Of a stretch of DNA of 64,000 nucleotides, positions 48,286-57,762 are shown in pieces. Source of the DNA: an uncultured Lachnospiraceae bacterium. Its GTDB lineage: Bacteria; Bacillota; Clostridia; Lachnospirales; Lachnospiraceae. A program made the translations under genes and the position numbers. Position 1 is the stretch's first letter, and each line of letters starts with the position of its first letter. The stretch is taken from assembly GCA_964487395.1 (NCBI GenBank), contig CAZAQH010000002.1, positions 864 through 64,863 of the forward strand. The letters run 5' to 3'. The notes under the pieces were generated by a model. That model ran no database searches, was not told the origin of the DNA, and was given only the letters and a program-made list of their open reading frames with translations.

Positions 48286-48855
48286 CTACTGCACTTTATC
48301 TTTTTTCTTAATTAAAAATCCAAAAGCACAACCGCAAAGTCCACCTATTATATGAGTAAAATGAGAAACATTATCTTCTGTAAACACTCCAGCATAGATT
48401 TCTTGTCCCAAATACAATACAAGAACCAGAATTAATGTAAGTGGAATTCTTCCATCTGAAAAGCCCACCATGGAAGATAGTACAATTAATAAAAACACAA
48501 GACCACTTGCTCCTAACAATGCCGTATTGGGAAAAATCAGCATATTAATAAGTCCTGTTACAAAAGCTGTGATAGCCATCATAATTACAAGCAGGATACT
48601 TCCATATCGTTCTTCAACCATTGGACCTAATAACAATATCATCATCATATTGCCTACATAATGTTCCAAATTAGCATGACCAAGAACATGACCAAATAAA
48701 CGAATATATGTAAAAAGATCACTAAAAGGTGCCCTATAAACACTAAATAATAAAGCATTGGTATATCCTCTGGTCACCCAGTTTAGAAACAATGTCAGCA
48801 AAGAAATAATTGCAAATGTTAAAATGACCGGTGAATTATATTGTATCTTTTTCAT
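48286..48855 (-). CDS. rhomboid family intramembrane serine protease
   Basis: 189 aa with six TM segments, HANLEH, catalytic GASGLVF and the His in HIIGGLCG. Confidence 0.8.
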   Translation of the reverse strand: MKKIQYNSPVILTFAIISLLTLFLNWVTRGYTNALLFSVYRAPFSDLFTYIRLFGHVLGHANLEHYVGNMMMILLLGPMVEERYGSILLVIMMAITAFVTGLINMLIFPNTALLGASGLVFLLIVLSSMVGFSDGRIPLTLILVLVLYLGQEIYAGVFTEDNVSHFTHIIGGLCGCAFGFLIKKKDKVQ

Positions 48856-48985
48856 TCTTTTTCCTCATTTTATTATAAAATTATACTTGTTTATTCTATC
48901 ACACCATCCTACTTTTTCCAATTATAATCCCAGTTTATTTATCCATAATATAAAAAAACAGGACTTGCATCCTTTTTTTTGTAGA

Positions 48986-50290
48986 TTATACAATTCTTCT
49001 GATACCTAATATTGTTCTGTAATCGGCGTTAGATGTTTTGATTCCTTCTTTTTTATTGCTTGCATGTACTACTTTTCCATTGCCCGTATATATCGCAATA
49101 TGTCCGGAATACCAAACCAGGTCTCCTGCTCTGGCATTATCCAATCCATCAACACTTTTTCCTGATTTACCCTGTTCACCAGAGGTTCTTGGAAGCGAAA
49201 TTCCAAAATGAGCATATACACTCATAACAAATCCTAAACAATCCGTCCCGTTCGTCAGACTTGTACCACCATATACATATGGATTGCCAATAAACTGCAT
49301 ACCGTAACTTGCTATCTGCTGTCCTAAGTCTGCATCACTGCTTGTGGATTCCGTCTGCGTTGTCGTCTGTGAGGATGAACTATTCTGTGACGAAGTGTTT
49401 TGCGATGCCGTATCTTTTTTGGGTGTAGAAGATGCCTGCGCCTTTTTATCTGCTTCTTTTTTTGCTGCTTCTTTTTTTGCTGCTTCTTTTTCCTGTATGG
49501 CTTTTCTGGCTGCTTCCTCTGCCTTTTTACGTTCTGCTTCTTTTTCCAAACGTATCCGTTCTTCTTCAGCAGATTCTGCTTTTACATTTTCTGTATATAC
49601 ATTTAAGTAATCTGTCGAAACGTAACCGTCGCCTTCTTCTATAGAAACCTTTACCCAGCCATCTACTTCTTCCTGTACCGATAGAATATCTCCACCCGGA
49701 ACCAGTCCTAATACGATAGATTCTGTGGTCGCTTCTTCTCTGACTTTAAGAGTTGTAGTAGTAACCTCGGCCAGACGCGTTCCTACTTCATCTGCTCTTA
49801 TGCGTGCCGCTTCACCCGTTAATACATATTCCGCTTTTACGTATCCCTGTACACTTCCGTATTCAATATAAAGCCAGTCCTGCGGCTCTTCAAGAAGTGT
49901 TCCTACGGAATTGTCATATAACTTGCCAAGTATTTCCCCATCTTCTCCTGGGATACTTCTTATGTTTACATAATTATTGACATCCGCAATAATCAATGTG
50001 CCTATCAGGCTTTCTTGTTGTTCTTCTTCGACTGTTTGTATTTCTGTTTCAGCCACTTCTTCCGTTTCCGGTTCCATAGTCTGTTCTGTTTCCGGATTTT
50101 CTGTAACGCTTCTGGCTTTTTCAATCTCCGGTATATCCGGTACTTCATCCAGTATAAATGCTGCACCGCTTCTTACATCCGTATTTCCACTGGCAGCTTC
50201 TATTTGCGGATAAAATTCAAACCCGGCAAATGTTGAAAACATTGTAACGATACTCATTACACATATCAGCTTCCATTTTCTCTTTTTCAT
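48986..50290 (-). CDS. secreted NlpC/P60 (C40) peptidoglycan endopeptidase with two SH3b-like repeats
   Basis: 434 aa. Signal peptide, acidic linker, two SH3b-like repeats, a Lys/Glu/Ala coil, a Ser/Thr/Gln linker, and the C-terminal C40 domain (GTDCLGFVMSVY...GHIAIYTGNGKVVHA). Confidence 0.85.
   Translation of the reverse strand: MKKRKWKLICVMSIVTMFSTFAGFEFYPQIEAASGNTDVRSGAAFILDEVPDIPEIEKARSVTENPETEQTMEPETEEVAETEIQTVEEEQQESLIGTLIIADVNNYVNIRSIPGEDGEILGKLYDNSVGTLLEEPQDWLYIEYGSVQGYVKAEYVLTGEAARIRADEVGTRLAEVTTTTLKVREEATTESIVLGLVPGGDILSVQEEVDGWVKVSIEEGDGYVSTDYLNVYTENVKAESAEEERIRLEKEAERKKAEEAARKAIQEKEAAKKEAAKKEADKKAQASSTPKKDTASQNTSSQNSSSSQTTTQTESTSSDADLGQQIASYGMQFIGNPYVYGGTSLTNGTDCLGFVMSVYAHFGISLPRTSGEQGKSGKSVDGLDNARAGDLVWYSGHIAIYTGNGKVVHASNKKEGIKTSNADYRTILGIRRIV
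49451..49491. repeat. 15-nt in-frame tandem repeat (about 2.7 copies) inside the NlpC/P60 gene
   Basis: TGCTTCTTTTTTTGC occurs at 49451-49465 and 49466-49480, with a partial third copy. It encodes the KEAAK repeats of the coil region. Confidence 0.7.
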
Positions 50291-50395
50291 ATTCTCTCCT
50301 CCAATAAATGTTACGTAATTGTTACAAATATTACATTATTTTATCGGATTTAGAAATAGAAAAAGGGCTGGTAATTACTGGTATTTAGTTAGAAT

Positions 50396-51145
50396 CTATT
50401 CTACTGCATAATTCAAACGGACAGTAATACTAGCAGTTTTCGCACGTGAGTATGTATTAAAGGTTCCACCATAGCTGTATTCTTCATCTGAAGAATTCTG
50501 TGCTGTAATCTGGAATACTCCAAGACTTGCATCTAAAAGTTTACCTGGAGTTTCACCGGTTCCATCTGCCATAATATTAATACGTTCTTTTGCATTTGCT
50601 GTTGCTTCTTCAATTAACTGTAATTTCAGTTCATCTAATTTTGTATAGTAATATTCCGGTGAAAAAGAAGAAAATTCAACGCCGGATTCAATTAACTCTG
50701 TAATATCCCTGGATATTTTTTCTACTTTATCAACATCATTTGATGTAACGGAAACTTCCTGATATAAATCATATCCATCCGGATAATCTCCCATTATTTC
50801 ACCTTCATCATTATATCTAGTGGAATATCTCTGGCTAATATTAACAGAACTGAATACAACCTCATCTTCAGCCACTCCATTTTTTACCAAATATTCCTTA
50901 ATCATTTTTGAATCGTTTTTAATCACATCATATGCTTCTTTTGTCGTCATTCCATATGCTGAAAAACTGCCTCTCCACACAATCAAATCTGCCTCAAAAT
51001 CGCAATTAGCTGAACCGGTCGCTGTAATACCACCACTTCCCGATGTCTTTTTGTAAGAAACAACACCTCCAACAAAAATCGTAACACATGCTATTGCACA
51101 GATACCTGCGATTAACGCGATAATAACGCCTTTCCATTCTTTCAT
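50396..51145 (-). CDS. SIMPL (DUF541) domain protein with an N-terminal TM anchor
   Basis: 249 aa. A TM segment, then a two-lobed SIMPL-like sequence ending ITVRLNYAVE. Confidence 0.7.
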   Translation of the reverse strand: MKEWKGVIIALIAGICAIACVTIFVGGVVSYKKTSGSGGITATGSANCDFEADLIVWRGSFSAYGMTTKEAYDVIKNDSKMIKEYLVKNGVAEDEVVFSSVNISQRYSTRYNDEGEIMGDYPDGYDLYQEVSVTSNDVDKVEKISRDITELIESGVEFSSFSPEYYYTKLDELKLQLIEEATANAKERINIMADGTGETPGKLLDASLGVFQITAQNSSDEEYSYGGTFNTYSRAKTASITVRLNYAVE

Positions 51146-51160
51146 TTCATAATCCCCCTT

Positions 51161-52314
51161 TTATTTATTAATATCTTCTATTTTACGCTGTTGCTTTATC
51201 AGATAAAGTTCTTTATCTGCCTGAGCAATCAGTTGTCTTGCTGATACCATGTCTTCGTTAAATTCACTATATCCTATGCTGATTGACAGGTTATATTTTC
51301 TGTTTGTAGCTTCATTGTCTTCCTGCATTGCTTTTAAAATATTCTCTTTAAGATCGATAACATCCTTTTCTTTCATACATTCAAAAAGAACCACAAATTC
51401 ATCGCCACCATACCGTGCTAAGAAACAATTGCGTAATCCGCAGACCCTTTTTAAAATATCTGCCACTGTCTTTAATGCATCATCACCCTCGACATGACCA
51501 TATGTATCATTAATCTTTTTGAAAAATCAATATCAATCATCAATAGTAACAACTTATTTTTACGGCTTTGTGAACTTATACGCGATGTTAAATGTCTGGT
51601 CAGCTGATGACGGTTATTTAACTCTGTCAGCGGGTCCATCGATATCTGATGTTCCTGCAAGGAAATAAATACAAACAAGAATGATAAACTGATTCCTGCA
51701 TTTAATAACGGAATTCCCATAAAAGCGACCTGAAATGTTCCACATATAAATGGCAGGATAATAAAAGATGCCAGTGTCAATTCTTCTGTTTTTTTAACAT
51801 AAGTTTTTTCTTTCAGTCCATATATAAATGCCTTAACCGCAGAATATATAAGATAGGCATAGGAAACTAAAACCTGCAATGGATACAACCATTCCCGATG
51901 ATAAACATTGTATTCATCAACAGAAAACATCCATCCTGTCCATATAGACGAAAAAGATGAAACAAACAAAACAAGTAACGGCAGAGTTGCAATGATATGT
52001 CTTGTTAACTGTTTTCTATTAGAGCAATTTAATACACTATTATTAAATAAATACCAAGAATACCCAAGATGACCTGCCTGGAATAAATAAACAGCATTAA
52101 CAAGCAAATTTAATTCATGAGAAAACGCATAATTCGTCCCATCCAGTAAGCCCCATACAAGGTCAAGCGCAAATAGCACTATTGCATTTACCAGCGTATA
52201 AACAAACAAGGTTCTCTTTCCTAAAATACTTCCCATGAACCACATTTTAAAGAGAATAATGCCCAATATGATAATACAAATCGCATTTATTTCTACATAT
52301 AATGCAGCAACCAT
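51161..52314 (-). pseudogene. membrane-anchored GGDEF diguanylate cyclase with a 1-nt frameshift
   Basis: Track ORFs 51472-52314 and 51161-51466 are two pieces of one gene. The reading LLLLMIDIDF breaks in a T5 run (plus-strand A5 at 51522-51526). One extra base would restore [33 protein letters not shown]...ARYGGDEFVVLF. Total length is 1154 nt, one short of a multiple of three. Confidence 0.8.
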
Positions 52315-52449
52315 ATATTATCTCCTCCGTAATATTGTAATTATAGCATAAAATAAAACTTTAGCACTATATAAATAATACTTCTTGATTATTTCCATTT
52401 TTGGTATTATAATCATTTTTGAAACTGATGGCTGAAAATAAGAGGATAA

Positions 52450-52971
52450 ATGATGACACCTGAAAAAGTTTTATTAAATCCGGAACGCCTGCGTATTATA
52501 CAGCATCTGACTTTACACAGCGAATCCAGTGCTAATGACATTATTACAGCCAATAACGATATTTCACGAACCACACTGTATCGTCATTTAAATCTGTTAG
52601 AAAAATCCGGATTTATCCAAGTTGTAAAAGAAACCCACATTCGCGGAACAATTGAAAAAAGATATTCACTAAATAAGGAAAATCCACCTTCTACGAATGC
52701 AAAAGAGATTATCACCCAGATGATGCTTGGTTTAATCAGTGATTTCAATCTCTATCTAAACCATCACAAGGAAGAGGATCTTGCAACAGATATGCTTTTA
52801 TGTCAGACATCATCTATATTTATGTCAGATGAGGAATACCGGAATTTTTTAAAAAGTCTGTCCGAGCTTTTAGCCTCTGTGATTTATAATGAGGAAAATG
52901 AAGAGCGCAAGCTAAGACGACTTACCTTTGTATCATCACCAACTCAGTTGCAAAAAGAAACAAAAAAATAA
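52450..52971 (+). CDS. winged-helix (ArsR-like) transcriptional regulator
   Basis: 173 aa. The N-terminal sequence PERLRIIQHL...ISRTTLYRHLNLLEKSGFIQ is a wHTH motif. Confidence 0.7.
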   Translation: MMTPEKVLLNPERLRIIQHLTLHSESSANDIITANNDISRTTLYRHLNLLEKSGFIQVVKETHIRGTIEKRYSLNKENPPSTNAKEIITQMMLGLISDFNLYLNHHKEEDLATDMLLCQTSSIFMSDEEYRNFLKSLSELLASVIYNEENEERKLRRLTFVSSPTQLQKETKK

Positions 52972-53008
52972 AATTAATCGCACATATTTGTACAGAAATG
53001 AGGTTATT

Positions 53009-53851
53009 ATGGCTCAACAAGTACCAACAAGTTCTCTTATCTGGTTAGTTATAACAGCAGTATTACTGTTAGCTGTTCCAGTTATTTATTGTATTATCTG
53101 GAGAAAAAAGACAAAATTTTCTCCCAAGGTTCTGATTGCCGGAATGCTTGGATTCATGGTTTCTGCAAGAATACTTGAAATGATTCCTCATATGTTTTGC
53201 ATTGTGTTAGACAATCCCGTTTCCAGATTTATTAATGGAAATATCGTTGCATATGTACTTTATGGCATACTGATGGCAGGTATCTTTGAGGAATGCGGAC
53301 GCTACGTTATTTTCCGTTTTATTTTAAAGAAAGATAAATCCCATGAAACTTCTATTACATATGGTATCGGACATGGTGGCTTTGAAGTTTTAATTATCAG
53401 TTTTGCTGCCATTTCGAATTCCCTTACAATGGGATTTTTAATTAACTCCATGGGACTTGATGCTGCCCTTCCGTCTATGGGCGTTACAGAAGCCACCAAA
53501 GAAGCTGCTATGTTAAGCATTACTCCTATTTACAATTTTGGGGCTGCCGCTGCCATTCTTACAGTATTTGAACGAATCGTGGTAATGGGTATTCATATTG
53601 CACTGTCAGTCATTGTATTTTATGGAGTTCGTGTTAAAAAGATTGCTTATCTCTTTCTAGCGATTGCAGCTCATGCCATCTTAGATGTTGCAGCTGCTCT
53701 TAGTCAAAAAGGTGTTGTGTCTATTCTTGTCTGTGAAGTATGGCTTGTAATCTGTATGGTTGTTCTGTGGCTGTATACAAAGAAGTTATACTCAAAGATG
53801 AAAGAAGAAGATACTGAAGTAAAAGAGATTGCAGAAGCTGTCAACGAATAA
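53009..53851 (+). CDS. YhfC-family intramembrane protease-like protein
   Basis: Polytopic, with the FEECGRY and GIGHGGFE motifs. Start set to the ATG at 53009 (MAQQVP, GAGG RBS) rather than the overlapping track start at 52928. Confidence 0.65.
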   Translation: MAQQVPTSSLIWLVITAVLLLAVPVIYCIIWRKKTKFSPKVLIAGMLGFMVSARILEMIPHMFCIVLDNPVSRFINGNIVAYVLYGILMAGIFEECGRYVIFRFILKKDKSHETSITYGIGHGGFEVLIISFAAISNSLTMGFLINSMGLDAALPSMGVTEATKEAAMLSITPIYNFGAAAAILTVFERIVVMGIHIALSVIVFYGVRVKKIAYLFLAIAAHAILDVAAALSQKGVVSILVCEVWLVICMVVLWLYTKKLYSKMKEEDTEVKEIAEAVNE

Positions 53852-53868
53852 AATTTACTGCTATATTG

Positions 53869-53903
53869 AAGGAACCGACCATCTTTTGGCCGGTTCCTTT
53901 TTT
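53869..53903 (+). terminator. intrinsic terminator after the YhfC-family gene
   Basis: AGGAACCG...CGGTTCCT hairpin followed by T6. Confidence 0.7.
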
Positions 53904-55038
53904 ATGAATTCTTTAATTTTGAATAGCTTTTTACATAAAATAAACGTTCTTTAAATGCATCCCATCTATTAACCGGTTTTGCATTTTTATCATATTGAGA
54001 GAGCAAGGCTGCCTGTGCACCCTTTTCCAATACCATACCGACTGCTTCTGCATCTTCAAGCGTTCCCCCTGTGCATATGGCACCATTGTTTTTTAATAGA
54101 ACCGCATTTCTGCTTTTTAATGCTTTTACGGTTTTATCCACTATCCCCAGATTATCATGTACGCATTTTACACTCACTCCTGCAATTTGAGCCTGATCAT
54201 CCAGATAAGGCCGAATGGTTTTTCCTTTTTCACTGATGGCAAATATATATGGTGTTTGCACATGTATAATGCTGTTAATTGTTTTATCTTGATAAATAGC
54301 AGCATGGATACGTGCTTCCGGAGGTAAATCAGCTGTTAAAGCCTGCAGATTAAAGGTTGTATTTCGATCACCACAGCAAAACGTTATCTCGTTTCCTTTT
54401 CTTGTGCTGTTGCCATATTTAGAATTTTGTTCTTTTTCCTTATATTCAAAATGACAGATATCCTGATAATATTTTCCGCAAACCTCTTCAAGTGCTGCTG
54501 AAACTGCAAATGCATTATCAAAATCATATCCCATACAAAGTGCCCCATGGTGTTTCATCAGTATTGCACTGCAGTCGGAATGTTTTTGTACTTGACTGGC
54601 TACTGCTTTTTTTAATTTTTCGGTAGAAGAAAGCCCATACTCTGCACAGGGAATCATCTTTCCCAGCACTTGCTCATAGCAATCCCCATATCGATTTAAA
54701 TCTGTAATGTCTTTGCCCAGAATACTGACCGCTGAGGCATTAATCTGGTGCGTATGAATTACAAAATTTACATTTTCACGCAAGCGATATGCATCTGCAT
54801 GAACACCTTTTTCACTGGAAGGTTTTACATTTCCCTCATATGTACAATCCGCAATATTCACCACCACAATGTCATCCGGCAAAAGTGTCTCATAGCCTTT
54901 TCCACTTGGTGTAATCACGAACTGTGTATCCGAAATTCTTGCACTGATATTGCCCCATGTACGGGCAATCAGTCCTGACTCTAATAATTTCTTTCCGGCT
55001 AAAATTACAAGTTCTTTTGCTTCTTGTTCTGTGTACAT
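53902..55038 (-). CDS. class II aldolase/adducin-family protein with two tandem aldolase-II-like halves
   Basis: 378 aa. The N-terminal half reads TWGNISARI...ITPSG...HADAY...VIHTHQ. The second half reads RIHAAIYQ...IIHVQTPY...LLKNNGAICTG. Confidence 0.7.
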   Translation of the reverse strand: MYTEQEAKELVILAGKKLLESGLIARTWGNISARISDTQFVITPSGKGYETLLPDDIVVVNIADCTYEGNVKPSSEKGVHADAYRLRENVNFVIHTHQINASAVSILGKDITDLNRYGDCYEQVLGKMIPCAEYGLSSTEKLKKAVASQVQKHSDCSAILMKHHGALCMGYDFDNAFAVSAALEEVCGKYYQDICHFEYKEKEQNSKYGNSTRKGNEITFCCGDRNTTFNLQALTADLPPEARIHAAIYQDKTINSIIHVQTPYIFAISEKGKTIRPYLDDQAQIAGVSVKCVHDNLGIVDKTVKALKSRNAVLLKNNGAICTGGTLEDAEAVGMVLEKGAQAALLSQYDKNAKPVNRWDAFKERLFYVKSYSKLKNS

Positions 55039-55047
55039 ATTCTCCTC

Positions 55048-56178
55048 CTAACATACTAATGAAAAATAGTTCCAGGTCCAGATTAGGGATTGAAAACTGC
55101 TTTCTAAATAGTCGTAGATATCTTCCTGGTCGTAGCCGGTCATACGGGAAAGGACTACGATATAGGTTTGGATGGTTTCGTAGGTTAATGACTGTTTATC
55201 ATTATTGAACCAATATAAAAATAGAGCCTGCTGTATTGTGGCGTATTCAATTGTCATCCACTGAAACATAACAAGCATGCTTTCAAAATCGGAATCAGGA
55301 ATCAACATATTGGTAAATAGTTCTGCGGCCAGAAAATTACGAAATAGTGATTCGTATTTTTTTAGTTCTTTTTCAAAGGCATTAATTATGGCCTCATCTA
55401 TCTTACTGTAATCGTCTTCGAGTTTTTCAGCTAATGATGCGAGTGGTTCTAATTGCTGTACGTAGATTTCTTCTTTGCGGTAGTTATCAGCTAAATCCAA
55501 GAAAAGTTCATTACGCTCCTGAAAAGTATCAAACGGATAATCCTGCAGTTTTGCCAAGGTATTGCGAAGTTTTTCAATAAATTTTCCCTCTTGATACTGT
55601 TTTAAGACTTCATCTGAAATGTCTTTTTGCTCATATAAATCTATAAGAATATAAAAAGATATTCTCCAGGCTTCCTTCAGCGAATAGTGTTGGTTTTGTA
55701 TAATATCTGTTAGTAAAGAGCGAAGTATAAATAATGGATTGGTTTCCTTTTGTTCCATATTTTTTACAAAGGTAACTTTATCCAGCTGATTCCAGATATC
55801 AATGACATCCGGGCAACAGGATACCAGGGAATATTCCGTTCTGTCTGCAAATTCATGAATCTGCCTTGGAAAGGTATGACAGGTATCAGATAAAATCTGC
55901 TCACCGTGTTGCAAGACTAGTTTACATAATCCATTTTCTTTTAAATATGGGCAGTTCTTCTGTTCATTCAGTGCAATAACGCGTTCTTCATCTTTATAAG
56001 TGACGCAGTCTTTCAGGCATTGTCCCTTTTCATCTTTTACTTTTTTCCATTTTTTATATGTATTATCATCTACTGCAATTTTCCACTGTTTACAGCAGGT
56101 AAACGTACATTTATCAGCTGAACATACAAAGGAATCATAGTAATCCGGTTTTATTTCATATTTCATATTATTTTCCAA
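55048..56178 (-). CDS. FliB/YkgJ-like Cys-rich protein (family annotated as flagellin lysine-N-methylase)
   Basis: 376 aa. N-terminal FVCSADKCTFTCCKQWKIAVD, then CPYLKENGLCKL and SDTCHTFPR, the Cys pattern I associate with FliB/YkgJ proteins. Confidence 0.55.
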   Translation of the reverse strand: MENNMKYEIKPDYYDSFVCSADKCTFTCCKQWKIAVDDNTYKKWKKVKDEKGQCLKDCVTYKDEERVIALNEQKNCPYLKENGLCKLVLQHGEQILSDTCHTFPRQIHEFADRTEYSLVSCCPDVIDIWNQLDKVTFVKNMEQKETNPLFILRSLLTDIIQNQHYSLKEAWRISFYILIDLYEQKDISDEVLKQYQEGKFIEKLRNTLAKLQDYPFDTFQERNELFLDLADNYRKEEIYVQQLEPLASLAEKLEDDYSKIDEAIINAFEKELKKYESLFRNFLAAELFTNMLIPDSDFESMLVMFQWMTIEYATIQQALFLYWFNNDKQSLTYETIQTYIVVLSRMTGYDQEDIYDYLESSFQSLIWTWNYFSLVC

Positions 56179-56530
56179 TCATTGGGGTAAAATCTTCGGT
56201 ATCTGCGCAAAAGAAACCACCCAGAACCGAAATAATCTTATTCATCATCTCACTCATTTTCTCATAATGCTCTATATCAATTGTGACAAAAAACAGAGAT
56301 TTCGTATCGTTATCTTGCAGGAACTGATTGCTGTAATCATCACCTAAGTTTAGTTTTGTCACCTCAAATTCCATTGTGCCCGTATTAGGTGGTGCTAATT
56401 CCAAAACTCCTGCTTCATCCCATATTTCATTTGAGATTGTCTTATCCTCGTCAAACACTTCTTTTATACTTCTAACCGTTATTTCGTTGGAATTAAAATA
56501 CAGCCACTCGGCTGGTGCATTGTTTTTCAT
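56168..56530 (-). CDS. hypothetical protein (120 aa)
   Basis: Clean ORF that overlaps the downstream FliB-like gene by 11 nt and starts 4 nt after the MFS gene. No family recognised. Confidence 0.5.
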   Translation of the reverse strand: MKNNAPAEWLYFNSNEITVRSIKEVFDEDKTISNEIWDEAGVLELAPPNTGTMEFEVTKLNLGDDYSNQFLQDNDTKSLFFVTIDIEHYEKMSEMMNKIISVLGGFFCADTEDFTPMIGK

Positions 56531-56534
56531 AAAG

Positions 56535-57728
56535 TTACGCCTCCGTTTTCTTTTCCATTTTAAGCATGGATAAACCTATAAAAATTAAAATCGGAAATAT
56601 CATGGCTACTCCCAAACCAACTTTTAAATTGTCATTTGCTGCCTTTGCCACAAATCCTACAAGTGTCGGACCTGATGAACAGCCAATATCACCTGCAAGT
56701 GCCATTAACGCATACATTGCCGTACCGCCACCCGGCAGTTTCATTGCCGCAATACTAAAGGTGCCCGGCCAAAAGAGGGCAATGGTAAATCCGCAAAAGG
56801 CACATCCAATCAGACCTATTAACACATTCTGCGAAAATGCTACCGCGATATAACACCCCACACATAAGACTGCACATATCATCATCGCCTTTTTTAAGGA
56901 TATCTTTTCACTGTTTTTCGCATAAAAGGTTCTGGCTAGACCCATAACAATACCAAAAGCACAAGGCCCCGCTAAATCGCCGACTGTTTTTGATACCTTT
57001 AACGCTGATTCTGCAAATGTAGATGCCCACTGGCTCATTGCGAGTTCTGATGCTCCTGCACAAATCATGATGACTATCAAAAGCCAGAAGGTTCTCTGAC
57101 TTAATAATTTTTTCAAATCCATCTTTTCATGTTCTGCAACAATTGGAAACAGTGGAACAAGCATAAAATAGAAAATATTTAAAAACGGAATAATCGCCCA
57201 AATACATGCGAGTATTCTCCAATTTTCTATTCCAACAAAATGGAAAAATAAGGTAGAACCAAGTACCACCGATACCTGTCCCCAACAGTAAAAGGAATGT
57301 AACAGACTCATGGCTGCTTCTTTTTTCTTAGTCGGGCAGGCTTCTACAATGGGGCTGATGATAACTTCAATAATCCCTCCGCCAATTGCATAGAGCACTA
57401 CGGAAATAATAATTCCCACATAGGAATTCCCAATTAATTCCGGTAAAAATGCTAGACTTACCAGTCCAGCGGACGCAAATATATGTGCTGCAACGACAGC
57501 AATCCGGTATCCAATTTTATCCATTACTTTTGTGGATAGTAAGTCAACGCCTAACTGTACGAGAAAATTGATTGTGGTAATCAGTGTTATTTTATCAAGT
57601 GTCAAATCATACGCAGATGCAAAGGTCAAAAACAAAAGCGGTGCCAGATTATTTACAATTGCCTGCGTAAAATATCCCACGTAACTGGCATAAATCGTGT
57701 GTTCATAGTTATTTCTTATCTTTAGCAT
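56535..57728 (-). CDS. MFS transporter
   Basis: 397 aa, about 12 TM segments, typical MFS layout. Confidence 0.8.
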   Translation of the reverse strand: MLKIRNNYEHTIYASYVGYFTQAIVNNLAPLLFLTFASAYDLTLDKITLITTINFLVQLGVDLLSTKVMDKIGYRIAVVAAHIFASAGLVSLAFLPELIGNSYVGIIISVVLYAIGGGIIEVIISPIVEACPTKKKEAAMSLLHSFYCWGQVSVVLGSTLFFHFVGIENWRILACIWAIIPFLNIFYFMLVPLFPIVAEHEKMDLKKLLSQRTFWLLIVIMICAGASELAMSQWASTFAESALKVSKTVGDLAGPCAFGIVMGLARTFYAKNSEKISLKKAMMICAVLCVGCYIAVAFSQNVLIGLIGCAFCGFTIALFWPGTFSIAAMKLPGGGTAMYALMALAGDIGCSSGPTLVGFVAKAANDNLKVGLGVAMIFPILIFIGLSMLKMEKKTEA

Positions 57729-57762
57729 GAAAATATATACTCCTTAATTCCGTATTCTTTCT

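Noticed and set aside
49344-49644. Three overlapping plus-strand Phe/Leu/Cys-rich ORFs (49344-49610, 49400-49606, 49432-49644).
   Set aside because: They are antisense to the Lys/Glu/Ala-rich low-complexity linker of the NlpC/P60 gene. The composition is a mirror artefact.
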